Shown: piece by piece, positions 37,701-49,700 of the stretch
Layout: each line of letters begins with the position of its first letter
How positions within the stretch are numbered: position 1 is the first letter of the stretch
Source: Mobula hypostoma
Lineage: Eukaryota
NCBI RefSeq assembly: GCF_963921235.1
Contig: NC_086097.1
Coordinates: 250,234,001 to 250,298,000 of the forward strand
Length of the DNA: 64,000 nt
Direction of reading: 5' to 3'
Made by a program: the position numbers and the translations under genes
Notes under the pieces: model-generated
Databases searched by the model: none
The model's input: the letters and a program-made list of their open reading frames with translations, nothing else
Told to the model about the DNA's origin: nothing

Positions 37701-40700
37701 AAGAAAAGTATTCATTAAGTACCTCAAGCAACACACATCAAAGTTGCTGGTGAATGCAGCAGGCCAGGCAGCATCTCTAGGAAGAGGTACAGTTGATGTT
37801 TCGGGCCGAGACGTTGACTGTACCTCTTCCTATAGATGCTGCCTGGCCTGCTGCGTTCACCAGCAATTTTTATGTGTGTTGCTTGAAATTCCAGCAGCTG
37901 CAGATTTCCTCGTGTTTGCATTAAGTACCTCCGCTACCTCCTCCGGTTCCATACACACTTTTCCACTGTCACACTTGATTAGTTCTATTCTCTCATGACT
38001 TATCCTCTTGCTCTTCACGTACCTGTAGAATGCCTTGGGGTTTTCCTTAATCCTGCTTGCCAAGGCCTTCTCATGGCCCCTCTGGCTCTCCTAATTTCAT
38101 TCTTAAGCTCCTTCCTGCTAGCCTTATAATTTTCTAGATCTCTATCTATACCTAGTTTTTTTAAACCTTTCGTAAGCTCTTCTTTTCTTCTTGACAAGAT
38201 TTTCAACTGCCTTTGTACACCATGGTTCCTGTACCCTACCATCCTTTCCCTGTCTCATTGGAACATACCTGTGCAGAACTCCATGCAAGTATCCCCTGAA
38301 CATTTGCCACATTTCTGCTGTACATTTCTCTGCTCCCAATTATGCTTGCAAGTTCCTGCCTGATAGCTCCATATTTCCCCTTGCTCCAACTAAACACTTT
38401 CTTAACTTGTCTGTTCCTGTCCCCCTCCAATGCTATGGTAAAGTAGAAGGAATTGTGATCACTATCTCCAAAATGCTGTCCCATTCTCCCACTGTAGAGC
38501 CACTTAATGGAACAAAACTCCAACTGTGGTGTAACCAGGGATTATAGAGCGGCTTAATGCAATGATGGAGTTTCTGCATCAGCTCTGTTCGTGTCCTATT
38601 CTTATTCATGAATGGAAGTGCTGACCGGAGTATGCCATAGTGTTTTCTGTGTTGTCTATTTCCACAGCTTTGCCATGCCTAAAAGCGTTGGTAGCTTTGT
38701 ACAAAACCTTTGCATGATTTGTCAAGTAAGGAGTATATTCTAGCGTTCGTTTGTGTTTTCAGTGTAGAAGACCTGACCAGCACTTTAAACCCTACTTGAA
38801 GATGAACCTCCCAAAGCGTTTGCATTATGCGAACAACAGAAGAATTGAAGATATTCATCTGATGGTTGAAAGGAAGTGGCTGGTCGCAAGGTATTTATGC
38901 TCGATTGTATGCAAATCACCGGATGCTTCTTTCTGCTTTAAAGATAACCATGAGTGCTGTAGAATATATTGTTGCTGTAACATTTTGTAAATGACTGACA
39001 ATCTAAAAATAATAAATATGCAATGGATGTATCAGCATTCTTCAATTTTTCCTCAGATATAGTCTCTCGGAACTTAGAACTCTATGACACTATCCTTCAA
39101 CCCACAATGCTCCCTGACCTTTTAACCCACTCTAGGATCAATCTAACTTTTCCGTCCTAAGTAGCCCTCCATTTTTCTATCATCCATGTACCTATCTAAG
39201 TCTCTTAGATGTCCCTAATGTATTAGCCTCTTCTATTATCACTGGCAGTATAGTCCACACACCCACCACTCTCTGCATTTCAAAAAAAATTTAAAAACTT
39301 CTGACATCCCAAAACGCAGACAAAATGCTGAAGGAACTCAGCAGGCCAGGCAGCGTGTAGGGAAAAGATTAAATCATCAATGTTTTGGGCTGAGACCCTT
39401 CATTAGGAAGAAATGTCAACAATTTACACTTTTCCATAGATGCTGCCTGGCTTGCTGAGTTCCACCAGCATTTTGTGTGTGTGTTGCTTGGATTTCCAGC
39501 ATCTGCAGATTTTCTGTTGTTTCTGGAATGGTTCTGGAGACTGGCAAATTGGAAATGCTACTCCACTCTTCAGGAAGGGAGAGCGGTAGAAGAAAGGAAA
39601 TTATAGGCCAGTTAGTCTGACCTTGATGGTCGGGATGATGTTGGAGTTGATCATTAAGGATGAAGTTTCAGGGTTCTTGGAGGCACATGATAAAATAAGC
39701 TGTAGTCAGAATGATTTTGCCAAGGGAAAATCTTGCCTGACAAATCTGTTGGAATTCTTTGAAGAAATAACAAGCAGGATAGACAAAGGAGAATTGGTTA
39801 ATTTGTGTATTTGAATTTTCAGAAGGCCCTTGACAAGGGATCACACATGAGGCTGCTTAACAAGCTACGAGCCCATGGTATTACAGGAAAGATTCTAGCA
39901 TGGATAAAGCAGTGGCTGATCGGCAGGAGGCAAAGCGTGGGAATAAAGGGAGCTTTTTCTGGTTGGCTTCCAGTGACTAGTGATGTTCCACAGGGGACTG
40001 TGTTGGTTGGGACCGATTCTTTTTACGTTATATGTCAACGATTTGGATGATGGAATTGATGGCTTTGTTGCAAAGTTTGCTGATGATATGAAGATAGGTG
40101 GAGGGGCAGGTAGTTTTGAGGAAGTCAAGAGGCTACAGAAGAACCTAGATTGATATGGAGAATGGGCAAAGAAATGGCAGATGGAATATAGTGTTGGGAA
40201 GTGTATGGTCATACACTTTGGGTAGAAGAAGTGAAACGGTTGATTATTTTCTAAATGGAGAAAAAATACAAAAAACTGAGGTGCAAGAGGACTTGGGAGT
40301 CCTTATGCAGAATACTCCAAAGGTTAATTTGCAGGTTGAGTCTGTAGTGAGGAAGGCAAACATAATGTTAGCAGCAAGAGGACTAGAAAGGAGGTAAGGC
40401 AAGGAGGTAATGTTGAGACTTTATGAAGCACTGGTAAGACCTCATTTGGGAGTATTGTGAGCAGTTTTGGGCCCCTTATCTTTGAAAGGATGTGCTGAAA
40501 CTGGAGAGGGTTCAAAGGAGGTTCATGATATGATCATAGGATTGAAATGCTTGTCGCATGAAGAACGTCTAATGACTCTTGGCCTGTATGCACTAGAAGA
40601 ATGAAGGGTGACCAGGTTGAAATCTATCGCATGGTGAGAGGCCTTGATAGAATGGATGTGGAAAGGATGTTTCCTATGGTGGGAGAACCTAGGAACGGAG

Positions 40701-43700
40701 GACACAGCCTCGGAATGGAGGGGCATCCTTTTAGAATGGAGGTGAGGAGGAATTTCGTTAGCCAGAGAGTGGTGAATCTGTGGTATTCTTTGCCACAGGC
40801 AGCAATGGTTAGAGTATGAAGGGATATGGGGAGGAGGCAGGAGACTGGAGCTAAGGAAAATTGGATAAGCCGTGATGAAATGGCGGATGAGTCGCAATGC
40901 ACCAAATGGCTTAATTCTGCTCCTGTATCTTATGGTCTTCTGGTCTTGTTTGTTTTCATTATTGGTATTTATTCAAAGTACACACAAGTAATTGTAGTGA
41001 AAGTCAGTACTGCACCCCACCAATATTTCTATTTTAGAAGTCAAACACAGCAGCTTTTTTCATGGTTTGCACTTTATTTCCATTATGACTTGTAACAGCA
41101 TCCCTGTGATGCAGAGTTCTGTCTCATTCCACAATACAATATAATTACATTCTCCTTGTGGATCAATGCCTAGCTATTTTAACATATTAAACTTGCTTAT
41201 AAAAGGAGAGTCAATTATTAAATATTTCCCTGTTCACTTCTTTGAACTTGTAATGCATTTTTAAACCTTTAACTGATTTGCTTATAAGTGTGAGGTGGTT
41301 CATTTTGGTAGGTCAAATATGATGGCAGAATGTAGTATGGATGGTAAGGCTCTTGGCAGTGTGGAGAATCAGAGGGACCTTGGGGTCCAAGTCCATAGGA
41401 CACTCAAAGCTGCTACGCAGGTTGACTCTGTGGTTAAGAAGGCATACGGTGCATCGGCTTTCATCAATCATGGGATTGAGTTTAGGAGCCAAGAGGTAAT
41501 GTTGCAGCTATATAGGACCCTGGTCAGACCCCACTTGGAGTACTGTGCTCAGTTCTGGTCACCTCACTACAGGAAGGACGTAGAAACCGTAGAAAGGGTG
41601 CAGAGGAGATCTACAAGGATGTTGCCTGGATTGGGGAGCATGCCTTATGAGAATAGGTTGAGTGAGCTTGGCCTTTTCTCCTTGGAGCGGTGGAGGATGA
41701 GAGGTGACCTGATAGAGGTGTACAAGATAATGAGAGGCATTGATCATGTGGATAGTCAGAGGCTTTTCCCCAGGGCTGAAATGGCTAGCACGAGAGGGCA
41801 TAGTTTTAAGGTGCTTGGAAGTAGGTACAGAGGAGATGTCAGGGGTAAGTTTTTAATGCAGAGAGTGGTGAGTGTGTGTATTGGGCTGCCAGCGGTGGTG
41901 GTGGAGGCAGAAATGATAGGGTCTTTTAAGAGACTCCTGGATGGCTACATGGAACTTAGAAAAATAGAGGGCTGTGGGTAAAGCCTAGGTAGTTCTAAGG
42001 TAGGGACATGTTCGGCACAGCTTTGTGGGCCAATGGGCCTGTATTGTGCTGTATGCTTTCTATGCTTAAAATAAAAGGTTTTCATGTACCCGTGAATGTA
42101 CGCAATTGCCTGGGAGAATAATGACGAAAATTAATGCAACTATTTCCATGAAATGCCTATAAACCATAGAGAGGTTTAGACCTTTAGACCATTGATACAA
42201 TAGGCCACTTAGAGGAACTCCCTGAGGTAAGATTTCCCTGGAGTGTAGGGCAATGAATGGAGATTTGATGCAAGTATACAAAATTATGAGGGTATAGATA
42301 GGGTATGAATGGCAGTGTGGAGTTGCATCTTTACCAAAGGAGGTGTAAGGTGCTCCTTCCCTCTGCTAGCCTGCAGGTCACCCTTGGACAGGGTGTAGCA
42401 CCTGCTTTGCCCTCCGATCAGGGCCATTTGAAGCCATGGGAGCAAGTGGTGGATGGTTGTGTGAGCAGCCGGTGCAAATCACAAGTCCTGGTTATGTGAC
42501 TACTGACGCCAGGCAGACAATCTCTGAAGACACTGCCCAGAAGAAGACGGTGGCAAATCACTTCTGTAGAAAAGTTTGCCGTGAACAATCATGGTCATGG
42601 AAAGAGCATGATCACCCACATCGTACAACACAGCACATGATGATGATGATAGACGGGGTAAATGCACGACGGCTTTTCCTGCTGAGGTTGGGTGAGAGTA
42701 GAATTAGAGGTCACGGGTTAAGGGTGAGAGGTGAAATGTTTAAGGAGAACTTGAGGGGCAACTTCTTCACTCAGAGCGTGATGAGAGTGTGGAACAAGCT
42801 GCCAGCAGAAGTGGTGGATGTGGGTTTGATTTCAACGTTTAAGAGAAGTTTGGACTGGTGAAAGAAGGGGTATGGAGGGCATGCCAATGGGAGTAGACAG
42901 TTCAATTGTTCAGCACAATCTGGAGAGGCCGAAGGGCCTCTTTCTGTCCTGTATTGTTCTAGGACTTCAGTAGAGATGCTTAGAATCAATTTCAGTCCTG
43001 TGTGCATGCATGTCATGTTTATACTTTACATGCTGTTTATGAAGATACAAATTAGCTTTCCCTTCTTTATTTAGACGACCAATAGAGGGGACGAGAAAAC
43101 CCTCTGGAAAATGTACCTTCCAAGGTGATCATGGCTATGACAATAAAATCACCAGCATGCAGGTAGGATGATGTGGTAATAGAATGGATTCTGGTTAATT
43201 GGGACACATTGGGACCAGTACATTTTGGCTCAATTAAACGGCTGCTCCAGTTAGCCGAAGTTTCATGGAAATAGTTAAAAAGGTATAATAAGAGACAAAC
43301 TGAGTAACAAGTTGTGTATTTAAATGAAATACAGAGCAAATTAGAACACTTAACAATATTACTGTGTATTAATTTCTAATACTTATCAACGGAGGAATTC
43401 ATCTGTGTCATGCTCCTTTTAGTGTAAATGAATAAAATCAGCGCAGGCACCTAGTACAGATTGACTGCCTTCAAACAATGCTTTCGATGATTGTATCCTC
43501 CAAATCTTTTTCACTGTAACCTTCAAAATGATTGTCAATGCCTTCAAATTCTCATTTTCACTCCCGGCCATTTCTGGCATCTCTGAGCCTGATTGCTTGA
43601 AACTGCAGTGAGAAAAACAGTTCTGAATTGTCTTACTGCTTATTTCTAATTGACCATCAGTGACAAAAATCACTGCTTTTTGAACACAAACACACACAAC

Positions 43701-46700
43701 TGATGCTATTTAAAAAGTGATCGCTGTAAGCAAGAATGAGTCTAATGGCTGCACAAGTGGATGTGACTGACACCAGTTGGAACCTATTCAGCAACTGTCT
43801 CCTGACCCAGTTAGGTGGCAGAGTGTCCCAAATAAACGAAGGGAATCCCAGCTGTTTTCTAGATTTGTTTTTGTTCTTTAAGATTTCTCCCAAATAACCA
43901 GCTGCCTCGATTAACCGATGACCCAATTAACCAGAATCCAATGTATTTCTAATTCTTTAATGATCCTTTACTAAAAATGTTCTGGGAGTCTTTCATGAGC
44001 ACAAGCGATTCTGCGGATGCTGAAATCCAGAGCAACACACTCAAAATGCTGGAGGAACTCAGCAGCACTTCGGCTGCATCAGTGGAAATGAAGAAACGGT
44101 CAGCAATTTGGGCTGAGACCCTTCTTCAGGAGTGGAAAGGAAAGGGGAAGATGCCAGAATAAGAAGGGGGGGAGAGGAGAAGGAAGGCAAACTAGAAGGT
44201 GATTGGTCCAGCCTCGTGGATGTGGGAGGGGTGATGGAATAAGAAGCTGGGAGGTGATGTGGAACAGGCAAAGGGGTGGAGAAGAAGGTATCTGATAGGA
44301 AAGGAGAAGTGGATCATGGGAGAAAGTCAAGGAGGGACACCAGAGGGAGGCAATAGGCAGGTGAGAAGAAGAGAAAAGAGGCCCCAGCAGGGAATTGAAG
44401 AAGAAGGAAATTGAGGGGGAGAGATTTTCCGGAAGTTAGAGAGATCAATTGTCATGCTATTAGGTTGAAGGCTACCTAGACGAAATATAAGCTGTTGCTT
44501 CTCCAGCCAGAGAGTGACCTCATCATGGCAGAAGAGGAGGCCATGGACCAGTATGTCAGAACTGGAATCGGGATAGGAATTGAAATGGTTGGCCACCAGG
44601 AAATTCTGCTTTTTGTGGATGAATCCGAGGCGCTCAACGAGGCGATTTCCCCCAACCTACGTCATGTCTGATCAAGGCCACATCAGGAGCACCTGAAGGA
44701 GGATTCAATAGATCCATTTCTATAGATGCTGCTTGACCTGCTGAGTTCCTCCAACATTTTGTGTGGGATTCTTTCAACTTGGGTTGAAGGGTAAACTATT
44801 TCAGACATTTTTTTTATGTTTTAGCTTAGGGCAGGGGCTCCCAAACTTCTTTCTGACATGGAGCCTTAAGTCTGTGGACTCCAGGTTGGGAACCCCTGGT
44901 TTAGCCGATATGGGCTGAAGCTGGGAAATGAGCTAGATAAGTTGTGCTGCTTGTTTGGCATGACGTTTTGTGCCTAGGGGCCTGTTCCTTACTGTGTTTC
45001 TCAATGGCTCTTTGTATAGGTTGCCTGGAGGGATTATTTGAAGAAATAATTTCTTTGGTTTTGTTTTCTTCAGACTGTTTTTATCGGATATGGGCCAAGT
45101 TTCAAGTTTAAGACAAAAGTGCCACCTTTTGAAAATATTGAACTATATAATGTTATGTGCGGTAAGCATTTTTTTTTCAAATTTAAATGAAAATGAGTGC
45201 ACTGTTGGAAAAATCTAGCTTGTAGCCTGACACTTAAAATGTATTTTGTCACAAAAACATAAAGCCAGTGTATGTTAATGAAGAACATCAAGCATTTGAA
45301 GACTAAGTATATACATAATTTTGTGTACATAATTGAGGGGTTATAGATGAGGTAAATGCAAGCAGGCTTTTTCCACTGGGATTGGGTGGAGCAAGAACTG
45401 GAAGTCATGAGTTAAGAGTGAAAGGTGAAAATTTAAGGGGAACTTCCCAGAGGGTGGTGAGAGTGTGGAGTGAGCTGCCAATGGAAGTGGTGAATGCGGG
45501 TTTGATCTCAGCTGTGAAGAAAAATGTGGATGGGTACATGGGTGGAAGGTGTGTGGAGGACCATGGTCCAGGTGTGGGTCGATGGGAGGAGGCAGAATAA
45601 CTCCTGCATGGACTGGACTGGCTAAAGGTCTATGCTCTATGACTAAACCTTTCATAGAAAATTCTAAAAAGGTCATAGATGTTAAAAGTTGAAAATAAGT
45701 TATATAGTTATATAAATAATTACACCTCTGACACCTTTTAAAAATCCTATTAAAACTTACAATTTTGTTAATATTGGAGAGGAATGAATTTGTGCATTTT
45801 GGTGGGAAAAAAATTCAGGATTGAAAATGTTATATTTTAAAATTGGGAAATTCAGGTTCTTTTCTCAAGAAACTGTCTGTCTTAGAACTGTGAAGGCTGT
45901 GGGCAGGGTGGTTGCTGTGGGAAGCCCAGCACTTGAATCCACAACTGAGTGCCATGGTTAATGACTTTGTTATTCTTGTTCTGCAGTTCGTTAATGAAAA
46001 ATTGCAGCAATCAATATTCTTCACTTACAGATCTTCTTGGACTGAAGCCAGCTCCTAACAATGGTACCCATGGCAGCATGAACCATCTATTGAGAAGCCC
46101 GCCATTTAGACCGTCCTTACCGGATGAAGTGGCTAAACCATCTCATGTTGTCGTTACTCCGGCGGTCCAGGATGATCTGGGTTGCACGTGTGATGAGAGG
46201 GTCAGAGAATAATCACTACTTCCAATTGCTTATGGTTTCAGATGCTAAGATCAGATTCAGATTTATTTACCACATAACTGCACAGTACAGGTCCTTTGGC
46301 CTGCAATGTTGTGCTGATCTTTCACTCTGCTTTAAGATCAATCTTACCCTTCCCTCCCATTCAGCCCTTTAATTTGCTATCATCCATGTGCCCCTCTAAG
46401 AATTTCTCAGATATTCTGAATGTATCTGCCTCTAACATCAGGGTGCTCCATGCACCCGCCACTCTCTGTTAAAAATAAATAAATAAACAACCGCTGATAT
46501 CTCCCCTATTCCTCCAATCACCAGAAATGCATGCCCCCTCATATTAGCCATTACTGCCTTGGAAAAAATCTCCGGCTGTCCACTCGATCTATCTTGTGCA
46601 TCTTATCTTGTACACCTCTATCAAGTCACCTCTCATCCTCCTTCGCCCCAGAGAAAGAAGCCCTAGCTCACTCAACCTGTCTTCATAAGGCATTCTCTCT

Positions 46701-49700
46701 AATCCAGGCAGCATCTTGGTAAATCTCCTCTGCACCATTTCTAAAGCTTCCACATCCTTCCCAATAATGAGACGACCAGAACTGAACACAATATTTCAAG
46801 TGTGTTCAAACCAGAGTTATATCCATCCCCTTCTCGCAATTCCTCCGTCTCCGCCGCACCTGCTCTCAGGATGAGGCTTTTCATTCCAGGACGAAGGAGA
46901 TGTCTTCCTTTTTTAAAGAAAGGGGTTTCCCTTCCTCCACCATCAACTCTGCTTTCAAACGCATCTCCCCCATTTCACGCACATCTGCTTTCACTCCATC
47001 CTCCCGCCACCCCACTAGGAATAGGGTTCCCCTTGTCCTCACCTACCACCCCACCAGCCTCCGGGTCCAACATATAATTCTCCGTAACTTCCGCCACCTC
47101 CAACGGGATCCCACCACTAAGCACACCTTTCCCTCCCCCCCCTCCGCTGCTTTCCCCAGGGATCGCTCCCTACACGACTCCCTTGTCCATCTGTCCCCCC
47201 CATTCCTCCCCACCGATCTCACTCCTGGCACTTATCCTTGTAAGCAGAACAAGTGCTACACATGCCCTTACACTTCCTCCCTTACCACCATTCAGGGCCC
47301 CAGACAGTCCTTCCAGGTGAGGCAACACTTCACCTGCGAGTTGGCTGGGGTGATATACTGCGTCCGGTGCTCCCGATGTGGCCTTTTATATATTGGCGAG
47401 ACCCGACGCAGACTGGGAGACCGCTTTGCTGAACACCTATGCTCTGTCCGCCAGAGAAAGCAAGATCTCCCAGTGGCCACACATTTTAATTCCACATCCC
47501 ATTCCCATCCTGACATGTCTATCCACGGCTTCCTCTACTGTCAAGGTGAAGCCACACTCAGGTTGGAGGAACAACACCTTGTATTCCGTCTGGGTAGCCT
47601 CAAACCTGATGGCATGAACATTGACTTCTCTAACTTCCGCTCATGCCCCACCTCCCCCTCGTACCCCATCCGTTATTTCTCTTTTTTTTCCCTCGCTCTC
47701 TCTTTCTCCCTCTGTCCCTCTCACTATACCCCTTGCCCATCCTCTGGATTCCCCTCTCCCCCTTTTCCTTCTCCCTGGGCCTCCTGTCCCATGATCCTCT
47801 CATATCCCTTTTGCCAATCACCTGTCCAGCTCTTGGCTCCATCCCTCCCCCTCCTGTCTTCTCCTATCATTTTGGATCTCCCCCTCCCCCTCCCACTTTC
47901 AAATCTCTTACTAGCTCTTCCTTCAGTTAGTCCTGACGAAGGGTCTCAGCCTGAAACATCGACTGTACCTCTTCCTAGAGATGCTGCCTGGCCTGCTGCA
48001 TTCACCAGCAATTTTTATGTGTGTTGCCTGAATTTCCAGCATCTGCAGATTTCCTTTTGTTTGCGTTTTATAGAACCAGAGTTTTTATAGAACATCACCT
48101 CGTGGCTCTTGAACTCAATACACCAACTAATGACCCCACCTTCTTGACCACATTCTTTGCACTGAAGCAGGGTCTTTGAACTGCATTGATGGTCTTCTAC
48201 CATCCAACCCTCCACAGCAGTTTACTAGCCTCCACTTTATTCCCATTAGCTTCAGGCTGGAGTGTTCCTGCTGATGTTCCTTGGGTTCACATTGGTGCCT
48301 CTGTGTAAATTGCCTGGACCTGCAGGCCTTAAGCCCCAAATTAAGTCTGCGTTTGTAGATGTCTGATTCATTATTCAGGACGGACAATAGGCTGATTACA
48401 GCTTCATGGTTATTCCAACCCTCAAAATTGAACGTCCGTATTAAACAGATTTGCTGGTTTCAATGTCTTTTTAAATTTATCTTTCTTATTTTTCTAGAAT
48501 AAAGGAGAAGAGCTGAATAAGCGTCTGCAGCACAGGGGAACAGAAGGTGGGACCATGTTTTTTTTAGATTATGAAGACCCGCAGTCCTCTTTTATTGTCA
48601 TTTAGTAATGCATGCATTAAGAAATGATACATTATTTCCTCCGGTGTGATATCACAAAACACAGGACAGACCAAGACTGAGAAAACTAACAAAACCACAT
48701 AATTATAACATATAGTTACAACAGCGCAATAGTACCATAACTTGATGAAGTCCATGAGCACAGTAAAAAGTTCAAAGTCTCTCAAATGTCCCACATCTCA
48801 CGCAGACGCGAGAAGGAAGAAAAACTTTCCCTGCCATGCCGACCACAGTCCGACTCTGAGTCATCCGAAAACTTCGAGCTCTGATCAGCTTTCCGACACC
48901 GAGGTCCGAACAATTCAACCTCAATCTTGGTCGCCAACAGCAGGCAAAGCCGGGGATTTTGAGGCCTACCCTCCGAAAGATTCCCGACCACGCAGTAATG
49001 ACAGCAGCAAATGAGCGTTTCAGAAATTTCTCCAGATGTTCCTCTGTGCTTTCACGTCTATCTCCATCAAATCAGAATTGCCCCCGGCCCCTATTTAACA
49101 GATACGATATCATTTTTCACCGGAGGGCTGTGCACGCGCGGTGTACTGCTCTCTTTCCTCCCGCCTCCTTGCAATCAATTTCGGTTTTCACTACGTGAGA
49201 GATAATGGGGCAGAGCAGTTTCCCTAACCAGTCTAAAGTCTGTCTGATATTCACCCCACTTAGCCGATTAGAATCACTTGGATAAAACTTGGCCTTTGCT
49301 ATCTTATGGCAGATGGGATAGTGTCGGGAAGTGTATGGTCATGCACTTTGGTGGAAGAAATAGAAGTGCAGACTACTCTTTAAATGAGAGAAAATTCAAA
49401 AACCTAAGCTGCAAAAGGACTTGCAGGATCCCCTAAAAGTAAATTTGGTAGTTGAGTCTGTGGTGAGGAAGGCAAATACAAAGTTAGCATACATTTTGAG
49501 AGGACAAGAATATAAAAGCAAGCATGTAATGTTGAGGGTTTATAAGGCACTGGCGAGCCTCACTTGCAGTGTTGTGAGCAGTTTTAGGTCTTTTATCTGA
49601 GAAAGGATGTGCTAACATTAGGGAGGGTTCAAAGGAGGTTCACAGAAATGATTCCAGGATTGAATAGCTTTTCATATGAGCAGTGTTTGATGGCTCTGGG

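Noticed and set aside
47641..48090. Pro/Ser-rich C-terminal extension as a real protein domain
   Set aside because: It is the translated polypyrimidine 3' region of the PLE after a TAA>TCA change
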